In this document: positions 27,439-42,003 of the stretch, one piece after another
Layout: every line of letters starts with the position of its first letter
Position numbering within the stretch: position 1 is the first letter of the stretch
Origin: Paraspadella gotoi
Lineage: Eukaryota; Animalia; Chaetognatha
DNA: 64,000 nucleotides
Reading direction: 5' to 3'
NCBI GenBank assembly: GCA_051294375.1
Contig: CM119263.1
Coordinates: forward strand, 15,230,532 to 15,294,531
Program-made: the position numbers and the translations under genes
Notes under the pieces: generated by a model
Databases searched by the model: none
What the model was told of the DNA's origin: nothing
Seen by the model: the letters and a program-made list of their open reading frames with translations, nothing else

Positions 27439-29670
27439 TTGTTTTGTTTTATTGTCGAATCATCAGCGATGGTGGGCGTATAATTCGTCTCTCTTTCTCT
27501 ATCAGACTTCATTTTTGAGCCTCAACGTCACCCCCCCCCCCACCCAAACTTCCACCAAACATCGGCGCGTCGGTCTAATGAGCTTTCGTCGCGACGAGGA
27601 ATGCGATCGACGGACATTTTTCACGCTTTCACCTTTGGCCTCTTTCCCCAGGGCGTTTTTTTTTTTCTTTTTCTTTTTTTTAGTGTTTTTAAATGCAGTG
27701 ACGAATACGCCGTGAAGAGGATTTTTTGGTAGGTCGGTCACTTTAGTATAAAAGTGATCGGTCGAATATTCTGTAAAGGTGCGTGTACTTTTTAAATTTA
27801 TAAAATAAAACCTTGTACAAGCAAAAAGAATATACAAGAAAACAATTTACAAGAAAAAATTATACTTACATAGCTTGTCCATTGGACATTGTCCAAGGTT
27901 AGTTTAGATAACTAATGAATGAATGGATAACTTTTATATCATTTTATACAATTACATATATTTGTTGTCGTTATAAGCTGATTCTGATATCCACATCGTT
28001 GTTCTTTTACTAATGTTTCCTTTCGCTTGGTTCTTTTCTTCCTTTTCACTTATCCTCGCAAAAGCGTAACCGGGGGAAAAAATAAATCAATGTGGACGCC
28101 GATCTTTCGTCGCCGCGCCTGTTGAGGTGGGGATTTATTGAGAGGGCGGGTGAAGGCGAAGCGAGGAGCCTAGGGGGTGATAAAGGGATCGGAGATCGGA
28201 GAAAGATACGGATGAGAAAGGTGATCGCGGGCAGTTGTGACCCGAATCACTCCAGGGAAGAGATTTTTTTTTTATCTAAGAGGCTTCAAGAAATAAAATG
28301 TACTCGAGGAAAGTACAAGGGTGGAGGGGGTGAAATACAGAGAAGGAAAAAAAGTATCGAATCAGCGGTGCTCGGGGTGTTAATGTCTTCGGGTCGAATA
28401 TTTGGCGCGGAAAGTAGCCCTGTAACGAGAAATCGGAGCCAAAGGGGAAATAAGAGCCGAAGCTGGAAAAAAAAAAGCGAGGAATCTGACGTAAACAGTT
28501 GTTATGACAACCCGGCGACATCAACGGCCCTTAGACGGGGGCGGGTCGAAAGGCTACGGAGGGCAGAGCCTCAGGGGGCCAAGTTTGAAAATGGCGGGAT
28601 TCGTTAACGAATCGAGAGGCTGGATAAATAAATAAATGGGAGTAGGGTATCTTTGGTTTGAGCTTAATTGCGGGAACGGGGGTGGCGGTTTGGTTTTGTA
28701 GTTCTCAAAAAGGCTTGTCAAGCAGAGGCATTTTTTAATGGTAAAGTTAATTAACTAATTAACTAACTAATATTCAAAATTTTTTTGGTGTGACGTTTAT
28801 TCTGATTAAAATCGTGGACCTTTCGGTGAAAAATGATTCTGTACTTACATCCTAAGGTGACAATTGTTTTTTATGAAATATGAAAAGTGTTTAGACGAGA
28901 GTCGGTTTACCTACACACATTCTGGAAAGATTAGGGGTAAAAAAATATTCTACGAGCCGAGGTGAGGGTGCGTTTCATAAAATGAGATTTGGTTGAGAGG
29001 TCCTGGAGATAATGATGGTCTGACGCGTGGAGAGCGTGAGAGGAGGCGGTTCGAAAGAGTCTTTACTGATCCCAAACGAGGATCACGAAGATCATCATCA
29101 TCGTCAGCATCGTCGTCGTCGTCTTTGTCGACCATCGTGAAGAACGAAGTGGCGACGAGACGAAAGACGAAAGTTTGCGGTTCGCGCGAATGACAGATGA
29201 CATGGGTAAGAGGCTCCAACGACATATGACTGATGACCGGACGAAAAAAAAAACGATGGGGGAGAGGGGGGGACGAAGGAATGGCAGATCACGGATGAGT
29301 GATGACTGGGCGCTGGGAGGGTCGAGTGACGCGTCACGGGAGGAATGACACAGATTGCGATGTCGATGAGAAACTATAAAGTGGGAAGTGTCGTTTGAGG
29401 AGGAGGAAGAAGAGGAAGAGGAGGAGGAGGAAGAAATGATCGAGTGGAGACCCGAGGAGCGAGACGAGAGGGAGAAATAAGGTGACGCCGTGAAGGTCAA
29501 AGTGATTGGTTGTTGTTGTGAACTGGGAGGGATTGTTGTGACATGAATAAGTGTAAGGATAAGTACAAGAATAACTTTTCGAAAAGAAAAGACGAAGAAA
29601 AATTTACTGTAGATTTTTTGAGAGATTGTAAATGGGTACACATTCAAACAAAATGAAAACACAGAGCAGC

Positions 29671-29712
<42 letters not shown>

Positions 29713-29714
29713 GA

Positions 29715-29745
<31 letters not shown>

Positions 29746-29917
29746 GAGAGGAGAGAAGAAAGCAGACAATGAGCGCGAATGTGAAGTATCCTCGTTGAGT
29801 AGAATAGAAAAAGCTGTCACATTGTGAAGAAGAGAATGTTGAAAGAAAAAATCGGGAGAGATCAGAATCTAAATAGGAAATTCGCAAAACATGAATGGAA
29901 AAGAAAAAGGAAAGAAA

Positions 29918-29996
<79 letters not shown>

Positions 29997-30172
29997 AGAG
30001 AGAGAGCAGAGAGTCGTGTGGCTTGTGTTTCATTTTCTCTCTATATTTCTTTGGTCTTGTATATTCCTATTTTTATCTTCCTTTCTTTCCGTCTTTCTTT
30101 AAATCGAGCCACAATAAAAGGAATTCCGAGATGGTCGTATAAAAAACCGTGACATCAGCAGCGCTTCTGTAA

Positions 30173-30204
<32 letters not shown>

Positions 30205-30839
30205 CTTTTCGCCTATTTCCCAATATCTTTTCGTAATCGAGAATCAACGTTCAAGAAGTCGTCTTCGTTGTTGTCTTAAAGGGAAAGGGTGGGGCTGATT
30301 TGTTTTTGACTACCTATCATTCTGCTTCATTTTGTTTTATTGGTTTTTTTTCTCGTTTCACGACGCTGGGCTGCTCTGTTTCCACGGCCGCCGCGTCTTG
30401 TCGAGGACGTCATCACTGGAGCGAAATCCATTTACTGTGGAAAAGGGGTCAACGACTCTTTGGCTCGACGTCGAGAAAATCATATACAGATTAAGCATCA
30501 GAAGAGAAAAAAAAATCGGCATTAATCTGAATTACATTTAAAGACCGAGGGAATATGAAAATAATGGGTATCAGTCTTGATATTATTATGAACAATTTAA
30601 TATAAAAAAGTAAATTTACCAATAACATGCAGTTTCTACTCCTCCTCATTCCACAGTTGAAACTGGCTTTCGGAACAGACATAATAACTTCGGACGACGA
30701 AGATGACGACGACGATAAAGGAATTCGCCGTCTTTCCTAACGATAACGCCCACGACGAACTTACATAAATAAGCCATCGTTGAGACAACGCCGAATGAAC
30801 GGGGATCATTGGCGACTGGGCTCTCCCTACCAGAGGGAT

Positions 30840-30914
<75 letters not shown>

Positions 30915-33505
30915 GCCCATTGGCCGAGATAAAAGAAAAGGCTCAGTCATGTAAACTATCTCTTTCTCTCCTCTCTCTCTCATTCTCTTTCTCCTCTCTC
31001 CTATTTTCTTTGATCGCTTCGTCGTAGGCGTCATTTACATACGAAGCGACGCCGCAGTCCAGCGGAATATATCAATCGAATTTCCGACCACCAGGGGGAG
31101 AACGGGTTATCCAGACGTTAAACGCGTCTTCGTCGACGTTTGTATTCCTCCGCGGATTCCCCTGTGCGACCAATGACGTCGTTAGTTAGGTCTAAAATCA
31201 AACGTCTAATAGAACAAACCTGGGTGCGAACCCTAGACCTTCCCTCTTCTCTGCAAAAGCCTTTCGGAACGCGCCACGAGGGCTGACCGTAAAGGGAGTC
31301 AACGCCCGCCGAAGATATCGACTCCATTGTCGCCATTGAAGTCGAATGTCGATGTGTCTCCGACTTCGAATAAAAAGAGGAATAGAGGAAACGGGAGAGG
31401 AGCGGAAATTCGAAATCGGAGGAAAGGGAGGAAAAGATGTAATTCGAGGAGGAAGGAAAGAAATGGTAGGAAGAGAAGATCTGGCTGAGTCACTGAAGGA
31501 CATTCTCAATGAAAGGCCAAGCAAACAATTATAGTTATTATTATAGTTATATATTATTATTATAGTTATTACTATTACAATTATGTCGATGCATTGCTGC
31601 AATAATAATAAAACCATTAATTTTTGTTTTTTCTCAAAAGATAATTAGGAAAAATGGTTCGCCAAAAACGACCACCGACCGGACCCGAGGGATCTAGAAA
31701 GATCAAGAACTTAACGAAAAAAAACATCAAAAAGCCAATAAAAGAAAGAAAAGATGGGAAAGAGCTTGTCTACAGAAAAAAAAAGGCGGGGAGGCGGAGA
31801 AAGTGACGGGGGCAAAGAGAAAGGTTGAATTAGAAAAGATTATTGCCAGAATGCAAGGGATGGTAAAGTTTTGATGGATTTAGTGGATATTGAAATTCGT
31901 AAGGGCAAGAAATCAGATTTGTGTCGTTGTGTCAGAATCGTAACAGAGACAGAAAGAAAGAAATGTTTAAAAAAAAAGGTTTAAAAAAAAAGTATTTTTT
32001 TAAAAGAAATCTGGAGTTTTTCTTGCTGACGCAAGGGCTCCTCCTTCCCAGACCGGAGACATCGCAAGTCGAGTCTATGGATTGAGAATGAAAGTCCTTA
32101 CTACCGATTTATCTGATTGAAAGAAGAAAGAAATGAATGAGATAAGAGCGAAGGAGAAACGGAGACAAAGAGAAAGAAAAAAAGCTAAAAAAAACTCACA
32201 AGGAATAAACTGGAATTCGTGTTTAGCATTTTGCTTTTCACCGTTGGACCAAAAAAAATATATCTTTTTTTCTTTTCTGACAAAAAAAAAATATTTCTTT
32301 AAGAAAAAAAATATGGGTACAAAAAAGTTTCTGATCTCGAAATTCCAAGTTTTGCTTTTCAGCGATACATAAAAAAAATAATCATTTATACGTCTAAAAT
32401 CAAATCGTGGCGCTGAATAGGCAGAGGAAGAGAGTGAGAGATAGAGATAGAGACAGAGTTGGAGAAGGTTGTATTTGATAAAACAATGAAAGCACCTGAT
32501 GCAAAAGCCATCGAAATAACGCCAGTGGTTCGCCATTTATTGCCTCGTCGTCTAAAAGCCGCTCGTCGTGATCTCCCTCTTTTTTTTTCTATTTTATCAG
32601 TTTTTTTATTTTTTTTTTTGCGCGCGTTATTTTTACCTTTTTCTCCTTTTTGTGAGAGAATTTTTTTAATTATGGCTCAGCAAATATTCATAAACGTTTA
32701 TTGAAAGAAGAAAAACCGCGGAGACAAAGATTGGGGTGAAAATTTTTAGACAATCAATAACCATCTTTATTTTGTTTAAACTTTATTAAAAAAAAAAGAG
32801 GTGAAAGTTTTGTTTGTTTTTTTTTAAATTCTTTACATTTTTTAAAATTTCTTGCTTCTTAAAAAAATTCTAATTTATTATTAGATATTTTATATTAATT
32901 TCCACCTTTGCTACGCTCTTTTTTGTTTTGATCTGAGTATCTACTTGGCTCGAACATCATCATCTTCATCTTCTTCGTCATCATCCATCATTCATAATTT
33001 CGGAGAAAAAAATTGCGGTTGTAAGACCAACGATTGAGAAGACAAGCTATGACGTCGAGAGTAGTGGAGGATACCTGAGACGTAATCTCATCGACGATGA
33101 CAACATCAATTAAACCTTTAAGTGCAAAGTTACTACTTACTTTTCTGTCAACCAGTAATTAACATTGACTGTATCTAACCTATCTTTATAGTAAATTAAA
33201 TCAGAGCTTTGCATGATAAGTGAAACGGAATAAAAAGTGTATTTGTCAACTGACGCTTATTTTTTCTTTCTCTCGTTTTTTTTTTCTTTTTTCTCCTAAA
33301 CTCTCTTGAGAACCAATCATGAAAGGAATAAAAGGGACGAGTTGGAGGTAAGGCAAAAGCTGAGGCCAAAGGTAAGGCAATCCGGTATCTGGGTTAGAGT
33401 AAGGGTCTTTCCATCTAGTTTTTGCGCCACATCCCGAATTCCGTCGAATAAATGCAAACTCTCCAAGAAACGAAATCTTTTTTGGGCACGAATAAACGCG
33501 GAGAG

Positions 33506-33599
<94 letters not shown>

Positions 33600-33877
33600 T
33601 AAGTCGAGCGCGCAGACAAGGGAGGGAGAGCGACAAACAACATGAAGCCGGCCTTGGGGTTACCAAAAGGGTCAGAAAACAAGAGAGCCTTACTAAGGAG
33701 AAAATACTCAAAAAAACTACCAAAAGATATTGCTTTTTCAACATTAAGACCCGTTCTTCTCTGAACGATAGCAGAAGATTGGCGAGGGAGGGGAGACATA
33801 AAGAGATAGAAAAGAATAGTGTATGGGAAAGGAGGAGAGAAAAAAAATATAAAAATGAGAAATAAGAAAGTTGTGTG

Positions 33878-33960
<83 letters not shown>

Positions 33961-33971
33961 AAGAAAAGAGT

Positions 33972-34051
<80 letters not shown>

Positions 34052-34053
34052 AA

Positions 34054-34086
<33 letters not shown>

Positions 34087-34094
34087 AGAGAGAG
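33878..34094 (+). repeat. long interrupted (GA)n tract
   Basis: About 215 nt, almost pure purine. Confidence 0.95.
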
Positions 34095-36051
34095 AAACCC
34101 GGGTACGCTCTGTGTTTAGATGCTGGAAATCCGTTAGTTAATTCCCGATGCGTTGTTTTAATTAAATCGTGTCTCTAGAATTAGGACCAGGGAGAAAAAA
34201 ACAACAGCGATCGAGTTGGAATCTCGAGTCTCAGATTTTAGCAATCTGACGAGCGAGCATCCAATCGATTCCACATTCATCGATGGGAATGTTTCTATTA
34301 GTGAGAATGACTTAGAGAAAGAAAAGAAGATTTGATTTATAAAATTTTTTTTTATAGTTCTTTTCAGAAATTTTTAATTGCTCATGTAATTAATTTATAT
34401 GAATAAGATTGTGTATTTGTCTTTTTACGAATGAATTAATTTGGTTTCTGAATTTCTTTATTTGCCAAATAAATAAACGAATTTCTAACCTTTCCCTTAA
34501 AAATTCGATTTGTTGTTTTTACTCGATTTTACTCGCAAAAAAATAACTTTTTTTCCTCCCCGAAGGTCCGAGAAGCTTAAGAAAACATTAATTTTTTTTC
34601 TAAAAAATAATATTCACAAATTGGACTAAACGATTTTTTTTTAAATAAAAGAAAAACTGAAATGAGATCAGCTTGCAAAGTACGTTTTTTTTCTTTCTTT
34701 AAATAAAAATAAGCCAAAAAGAAAAAAAATTAAAAGAACGGGGAGCTAAGATTGGATAACATCTTTTGCCGTTGGAAGGCAAACAAAGAAGCAAGGCACG
34801 AGGGGTGCGGCTGGGGTTTCGGGGCTGAGCCGGTTCGGCTGGGCGCCCTAGATGGCTCCCAGGCTTGATTCTGGGCTTGTTATAATTAACTCGCTCGTGT
34901 TTTCATACGGATATGACAACGTTGGATTTAAAACACAGCGTTTTCGAAGGCACAAATTTCATCAGCATAAGAAAATTAAAAAAATATTCCATTCGTTAAA
35001 AATCAATCAAACGGTATTGCATCCTGGTTTTGAATTAGTTTTGACAGGATATAGCAAACGATCATCTGTCTTCGATGCTTGAGAATGGCGACGCCGCAAC
35101 CAGTTGCGCACTCCTCGGTCAGAAGTAAGAAAATGCTGCACACAGCACTGCATTCCAGCCGCGGAATGCGGACGCTTTCGCCTTTGGATGCTATCGAGTG
35201 ACTAAGTTTGAAGAATCGGAGGGAGGCAGGACTAACGTTAAACTTCCGCTACGACGACGACGACGACGACGACAATAACGTCGACGAGGACGCCGACGAC
35301 GAAAAAAAAAACTCGAAGGAAGAAAACTTAAAACAATTTCGCGAAATTTGAAAGAAAAACACCACCTTCAAAACTCCCCCCCCTTTTCCATGTACCCTTT
35401 AGAAACCCCCCCCTCAATCGAAACGACGACGAAGAGAACGATGAAGACGACGAAGACGACGGGCGGAGACTATGTTTGCCAGGAGCCTCAAAAACCAGCC
35501 TCTGCCAATTCTTTCAAATATTAAGACAGAACATGACCTATGATTTGCGAAGGAGCTAATGGCTCTTCGTTGTCGCAATCTCAAGAAAAGAAAGCAAGGC
35601 AATGAAAATGTTTGGTGAAATACGGAAAAGGAGAAAGAGAGAATATTTAAAAATTAACGTTTGAATGATTAGGTTTTTCAGCTTCATAACTTCATTTCAC
35701 AGGGTTTATATATTGAGTTCTTAGGTAGCAAAGAGTCCGTATTCCATAATGAGAAATCAATCTACTAGGGTTTGAGTCGTATTTATACTGCAAATATTAG
35801 AACCACAGATCTAGTACTTAGTCTCTAAAAGCTAATTGTTAAAAATGTTCAACAAGGGGAGCATAATTTTATTTTTCTGGGCTTTGTTTAAGGGAGCGCC
35901 TATTTGTTTCTATTCACCTTGTTTAAAGGAGCGTCGCTTTGTGTCTAGTTCTTTTTTTCTTTCTGATTCTGTCTGCATTCGACAAACAAAGAGTTTGAAT
36001 CATCTTCCAAAATTCGAACAGCGAAACCCAAGTGAGAGTGAACATCCTTTT

Positions 36052-36089
<38 letters not shown>

Positions 36090-38286
36090 AGAGAGCGCAC
36101 ACCGATCGTGATCCTCTTCACTCGAGCTTTCATTCAATTTTTTTCCCCGGTTTTTTTTTACCCGTCAGATCTTGGCTGAGTTTTTACATTTCACGCCGAA
36201 TCTTCCCTCGGCCGCACTTCAATAACCCGGTTGCCCTTATTAAAATAATCAATTTGGTCTCATTAGTAAGTTTCCTGTCGTCCAATAGGTGTATCACTTT
36301 ATATTAACATATAACAGTGATGTTAACTGAGAATCTGAACTTTAAAATTTTTACGAGTGTAAATTTTAAATTAAGTAAGTCTAACACGTCCAATTAAATT
36401 TCATTTTAATGTTTTATAGCCTGTAGAAGTTCACAAAAACACAAGCTCTACGCTCATTTGCCTGTGAGGGTTAGGGTTAAGTTTCCCTTCTTCCCTAAAT
36501 CATTTTCTTCCTTAATCTGTTCCGTCATTTTTCAAGATTGTGCTTTCACCTCACCTCCACGCCCACTCAAAAATGTTTCGCCTTTTCCAGGTAGATTGCT
36601 GAAGTAACACAACGACGATGACGACGACCAATTGCCGATGAGATAGGCAACGACATCGAAACATAACCTAATCTTATTCCCTCAAATCTGAATACTTGAT
36701 GCGGCGTTTGTGCGCGCACGAAAATTGGAAAGTCGCAAAATCTCGCAGCACAGAGATGTTCTCGGTCGCGCCATCAAACGCTTCCTGCAGCAGCATCAAC
36801 ACCTTCTCTGCTGCAGCGTCGCCCGGATTTTAACTGCAGTTCTCTTTGTGCACTGTGCAGCAACGTCAAGATTCATTATTTTGCCTCTTTATTTCGTGCC
36901 TTTTCTCTAGATAATAATGCGTTACAACTCTAACAGGATCTGGTAAAAGTATTTACAAAGTTTCTGAAATGGTCTCTCTCGCCGCAAAGCTTTCGCGCTA
37001 TGATCGGCTCTCCTCTCAAAGTGACGAACCATGAGTGGCCCCGCTATTCCTGAAGGCGCCACTAAAATTGGAGCCGCTGGCCATGATTGCTCTCTATGGC
37101 GCCGAGAAGACGTAAAAAAGAACGAGACGGTTTAATTAAAAAATGACGCCTGCATTTCGAGCAGCCAAATAAAAAGGAAAAAAAGTCGGGGGAAAAAGTT
37201 GAGCAAAGATTTAAAACTATAATAACTTATTTTCATGTATATTTAGTTTTATTAACATTACTTATTTTTTATTTACTCTGAATGAGAGTAATGTAATTTG
37301 CGCGACGTCAGTGACAAATCTCATTTGCTTCCTAATTTTTAAGGAGAAAATCATTTTGCACAAAAAATGAACGTTTTCATCGCGTCAATTTTCTGATTGC
37401 ACGACATCGCGCTGTGTCACTGAAAGAATTAAAAATTACATTACATCATTACTACATTGAACTACATGAATGTATCATCAAGTCTATTGTCCTCGGGTCA
37501 AAGCGGAGAAAATTAAAACTCCATAACCATACGGATTCTACTTTTTATATTTGACTCACTCCACAGTTTTCCGCGGCCAATAAACGTAGCTTTTTATTTT
37601 TCTGCCACTCCGTACTTTACACTCCCGCCTTTCCTTCTTATACCCTCCCCACGCCAGTGTCTGGGAAAAAACCCTCCGAGCTTCTGTCACGCCGATAACA
37701 AGGAAAACAAGATTTTCTCGCGGCAACGATTTTCACGTCGGAGACTTCGGTCGTCGTCGTCGTGATCGTCGTTGTTGTCTTTATAATATGGATTAATTTT
37801 ATTGTTTTTTTTTCTCTTTGTCTTTTCGATCGTTTTTTTTTTCTTAGTAATTTTTCTGTTTTGTTTTTTTAAATTAGTTTTTCCGCAATTTAGCAGCATT
37901 GTCGTTATTGTTCAATTACGACACCATATTTGCCAGAAAAGATTTGGAAAGTCTTGGAAAAATTTATGAATTATTAGGCAGTACTTGTGTACTATCTGAT
38001 CAATAGTTATCTTATTAACCGTTATCAAACCAAAACATCAGTGTGCCTTATTGATCTGAGTTAATTTTTTCAAATTAGAAGATATTCCGACGAGCTTCAA
38101 TTCGCATACTGTGAAAATATTAACTTTTATTACAGACTAAATAATGAGATAAGCAATCACGCTTCTCACGGACTCGCCAAGAAAAAATATGAATAAATAA
38201 ATAAAAAATAAAAACGTGAGATAAAAGCGACGTCGAGAGCCAGAATTGGCGGAAAACACTTCTCGGTTTCTTTATCTGCTCCGAGC

Positions 38287-38355
<69 letters not shown>

Positions 38356-38373
38356 CAGTCTCATCTTTCTTAC

Positions 38374-38575
38374 CTAAGGTTGAGAGAAAAACGGAGACGG
38401 AGAGGGCGAAAAAGGAAAAAGAGACGGCGGAAGAAGGCAACGTTCTGTGTGTGAAGCGGGGAGAGTGGACGAGGCGGTGGAAGCGTCGCCGCCCTCGAGA
38501 CGATAACGACGACGATGTGAACGACGACGACGTTGACGACGACGATGCGCGACGATTAAATCCGTTGCTCGTCAT
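38374..38575 (-). CDS. candidate first coding exon of a secreted/membrane protein gene (remaining exons not located)
   Basis: ATG-initiated MTSNGFNRR...RGRRRFHRLVHSPRFTHRTLPSSAVSFSFFALSVSVFLSTL: basic region then a hydrophobic stretch, ending at a strong donor TTAG|GTAAGA in phase 1. No homology support. Confidence 0.35.
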
Positions 38576-39216
38576 TTTCGTTTTGAATTATCGACAATGA
38601 GGAAATTATAAAATACGGCGTCGGTGGCGATTAGCGGTCGAACGCCAACAGACGTCGCTTTGGATTATGTATCGCTTTGGTATAAGAATTGCTTTGGCAT
38701 ATTTTTTTTGTAAGAGGTTTGGTTCGAAGTGAGGAAAGTAAAGTCACCGTCGTCGGACAAGTTTGTTTTACGTCGGTTTTTGATTGATTTAAATTCGCGC
38801 GGGAAACAGAACGAGAAAGGCGGAATTTCGACGATAGACAGTAATGGATAGTACTAACAGTAATAAAATTGCCAATTTTTTGGTCAAAGTCTCCGTCGGT
38901 AATCCCCCGCGCCCGACGATTCCGTCCCCGATGTTGACGGAAACGAAAATCGTCTTCGCGAAAAAAGTAAATTGAAATGGCGCTACTCCTACGCTATTTT
39001 GTTTATTCGACGGCGACGTTGGGTCGTTCGATGTTGCCGCATTGTCGTGTACTTCAGTTTGTTCGTTGTATTCCTCCCGTCACGGACTTTCCGTTATCGT
39101 CGCTCGCGCAGAAACGGCGGAGGGAACTGTCGCGTTCGTCGTAACGAGGAGAGGGTGAGAGGTTAAGGGCGACGAGGATTGATGGCGTCGGATTTGAGGT
39201 GACTTAAGCGGATCAC

Positions 39217-39345
<129 letters not shown>

Positions 39346-41629
39346 GCCTCGACCGAAACAGAAGGTTAATCGATTTTTCTCCTTATTCTCCCTCCCCACA
39401 CTTTTGCCACACTTTTTCCCCTCGACGTCTTTTGTTTTATGTTTTCGACTTTAATCACGATCACCGACGGCGCGTGCGGATCTTGGATCTAGGATCGAGG
39501 CGGATTGAAGAGTGGGTGAGGGGATGAAGGAGTCCGTTTCGAAACTGACAAAATATAAGTAGTTTGATTCGCCTCAATGCTTAATCAACGACATCCGGGA
39601 ACTCGTATAACCGACGGCGATGGCGACGATGTAGACGACGACGACAGACTTTGGCGGATTGGTGAGAATGGGATGAAGCACGATTAGCCGGGAAAATCCG
39701 TTTGACGCGCCGATGGTGGAAAGGAGACGATCCTGGTGAAGATGACCTCCGACTCTCTTTATTTATTTTTTTCCTTTTTTTTTTCTTTTTTAACGACTCC
39801 TCTTCGTGATTTAAACAAAAAGAAAAAAAACTTTTATCGAGATATTTTTTTTTATATTATATTTGGTTTGGTTTGTTTTTGCTGCTTTGCCTTTGGCTGC
39901 TATAAATGTTGTTTTTTTTCGGTGACGCTAGCTGAACGAAAAATGTTTTCCGTTCTAGCAGATTTTCGACGTTGACGTGATGTTTGTTGTTGTCGTTGTT
40001 CTGGTAGCTCCTCAAATCTAGCGTGATTTTTTTTCCCTTTTCTTCTCTTTGCAGTTTCTTGATTCGTCGATGAACTTCGCGAAGAAGAAACGGCGGCTGT
40101 GAATGTTTTTTTTGTGTGTGGAAGTGACAGCCTGCGATTGTCGAAAAAAAAAAGCAAATGTTTGCTATCGCGATCTCCTGTGAAATGGAGAAGAGGGAAA
40201 GAAAGGCGAAGATCAAGAAGACGGGGGGGGGGAAGGAAAGAGGGATGTTATTGAAGGACTGGGATGTTAATTCTTTACGATCGGAAAATATTGTCTTATT
40301 ATTAATACAAGGTCGTAAATCTATCTCCATTTATTCTCGCGTTTAAAAGTTTTATACGTTATTCTCCTTCAAAAAGCGACCCCACCCCCCCCCTCCGACG
40401 AAATCAAGACGGACATGAGACAAAAATAGATCAAAGGGCAATCCAATATAACCGCAACATTAATAAAAAATACGCAACAGGAAAACAAAAAGAGAATGAC
40501 TGCAAAGAAAAAAAAAAGAAGAGCATCACGAAGACACGAGAAAAAAATAAAAATAGGAAGACGCGAGGGAGGAGACAAACATTTTTTTTTTCTTATCAAA
40601 GTCACAAACTGAATACATCATGAAAACAGGAAAACAATGTCGTCGCCGCTGTCGTCGTCTTCGTCGTTGTCATCTGAATCTTCGATCTCTCTCGTGCGGA
40701 AGGATTCGCCTCGAGGCGGAAGGAGATGAAAAGCCTGACAAATGAACGAATTCTATGAAGGAAAAGTGAAAGACGAATAAATGGAGAGGCTAGTGAACTT
40801 TTCCGGAAAGAAAGGAAACCGGACGCTGATTTGATTTACGAAAAGCTAGGACAGTTTTTCCCGTCAATAGGGTGCAAGCTCTATTTTCTATCGAATCCAC
40901 GATGGGACAAACTAATGAGAAATGAAGCGATACACTATATATCGAGATCGGGGATAAACAGTTGGTCGAGGGATGACGAGGCACAAACGAACGAAATGAT
41001 CGATTAAGGCTGAACGATGAATGAGCGGATGAAGTGCGAAGTCGCACGAATCGGGATCATCTCGTCCAACGACGAACCGGAAAGAACCAGGAAGCGGGAA
41101 CAGAACGATCGGTTTCTTCAACGGAATGAATTTGAATAAACCCTATTTCTTTTTTCAATATGAAAATAAAAATAAAATTTGATGAGACGAGAGCTAAATG
41201 TGAAAAAGTTAAATAATTAATGAACAAAAAAAAAACGAAGATTGAAGAAAATAAAAGATGAAGCAAAAAGAAGCACGAAACCAGAGTTGACTTGAGAGCA
41301 TATAATCCGGGCAGGTTTGTAAAAAAATGAATTTCGCAAAAAGATATAATAGTAAGATAAATAATTAAAACTAAAACTTGTTGTTGTTGTTGTTGCTCGT
41401 AAGATTTCAAAATTTCGTGTTTATAATTTTTTGTAGTTAAATTTTCAAATTCGATTTGTGGTTAAAGTCCAAATTATTTTATTCTCGGTTTTCGTCGCGT
41501 TTATTTTCATTTCAAATTCTTTTGTTTCGGGAATACTTTGGTCGATCAAAACGAAAACAAAACGAACACAAAATTTTAAAAAGTAGTATCAAAAAGCCAG
41601 AATTATATTAAAAAGAAAAAAATAGAAAA

Positions 41630-41715
41630 TAAGAAAGAAAGAAAGAAAGAAAGAAAAAAAAAAGAAAGAAAGAAAGAAAAGAAAAAGAAAAAAAAAAAAA
41701 AGAATAAAAGAAGAA

Positions 41716-41751
<36 letters not shown>

Positions 41752-41756
41752 AGAAG

Positions 41757-41791
<35 letters not shown>

Positions 41792-41795
41792 AAAA
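41630..41795 (+). repeat. (AAAG)n-rich purine tract
   Basis: Directly visible. Confidence 0.9.
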
Positions 41796-41913
41796 CAGAG
41801 GGAAAAGAGGAACAGAAAGGAAAGACAAAACAGAAAAAAGAAAGAAAAAAGACCAATAACAGTACAAAAGGGAAGCCTTAAAAGAGATGGAGAGAAAGAA
41901 AGAGAGATATAAG

Positions 41914-42003
<90 letters not shown>

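Noticed and set aside
28950-29225. Minus-strand ORF with an acidic run, as a possible alternative exon
   Set aside because: The acidic run is a (GAC/GAT)n repeat; no strong donor or homology.
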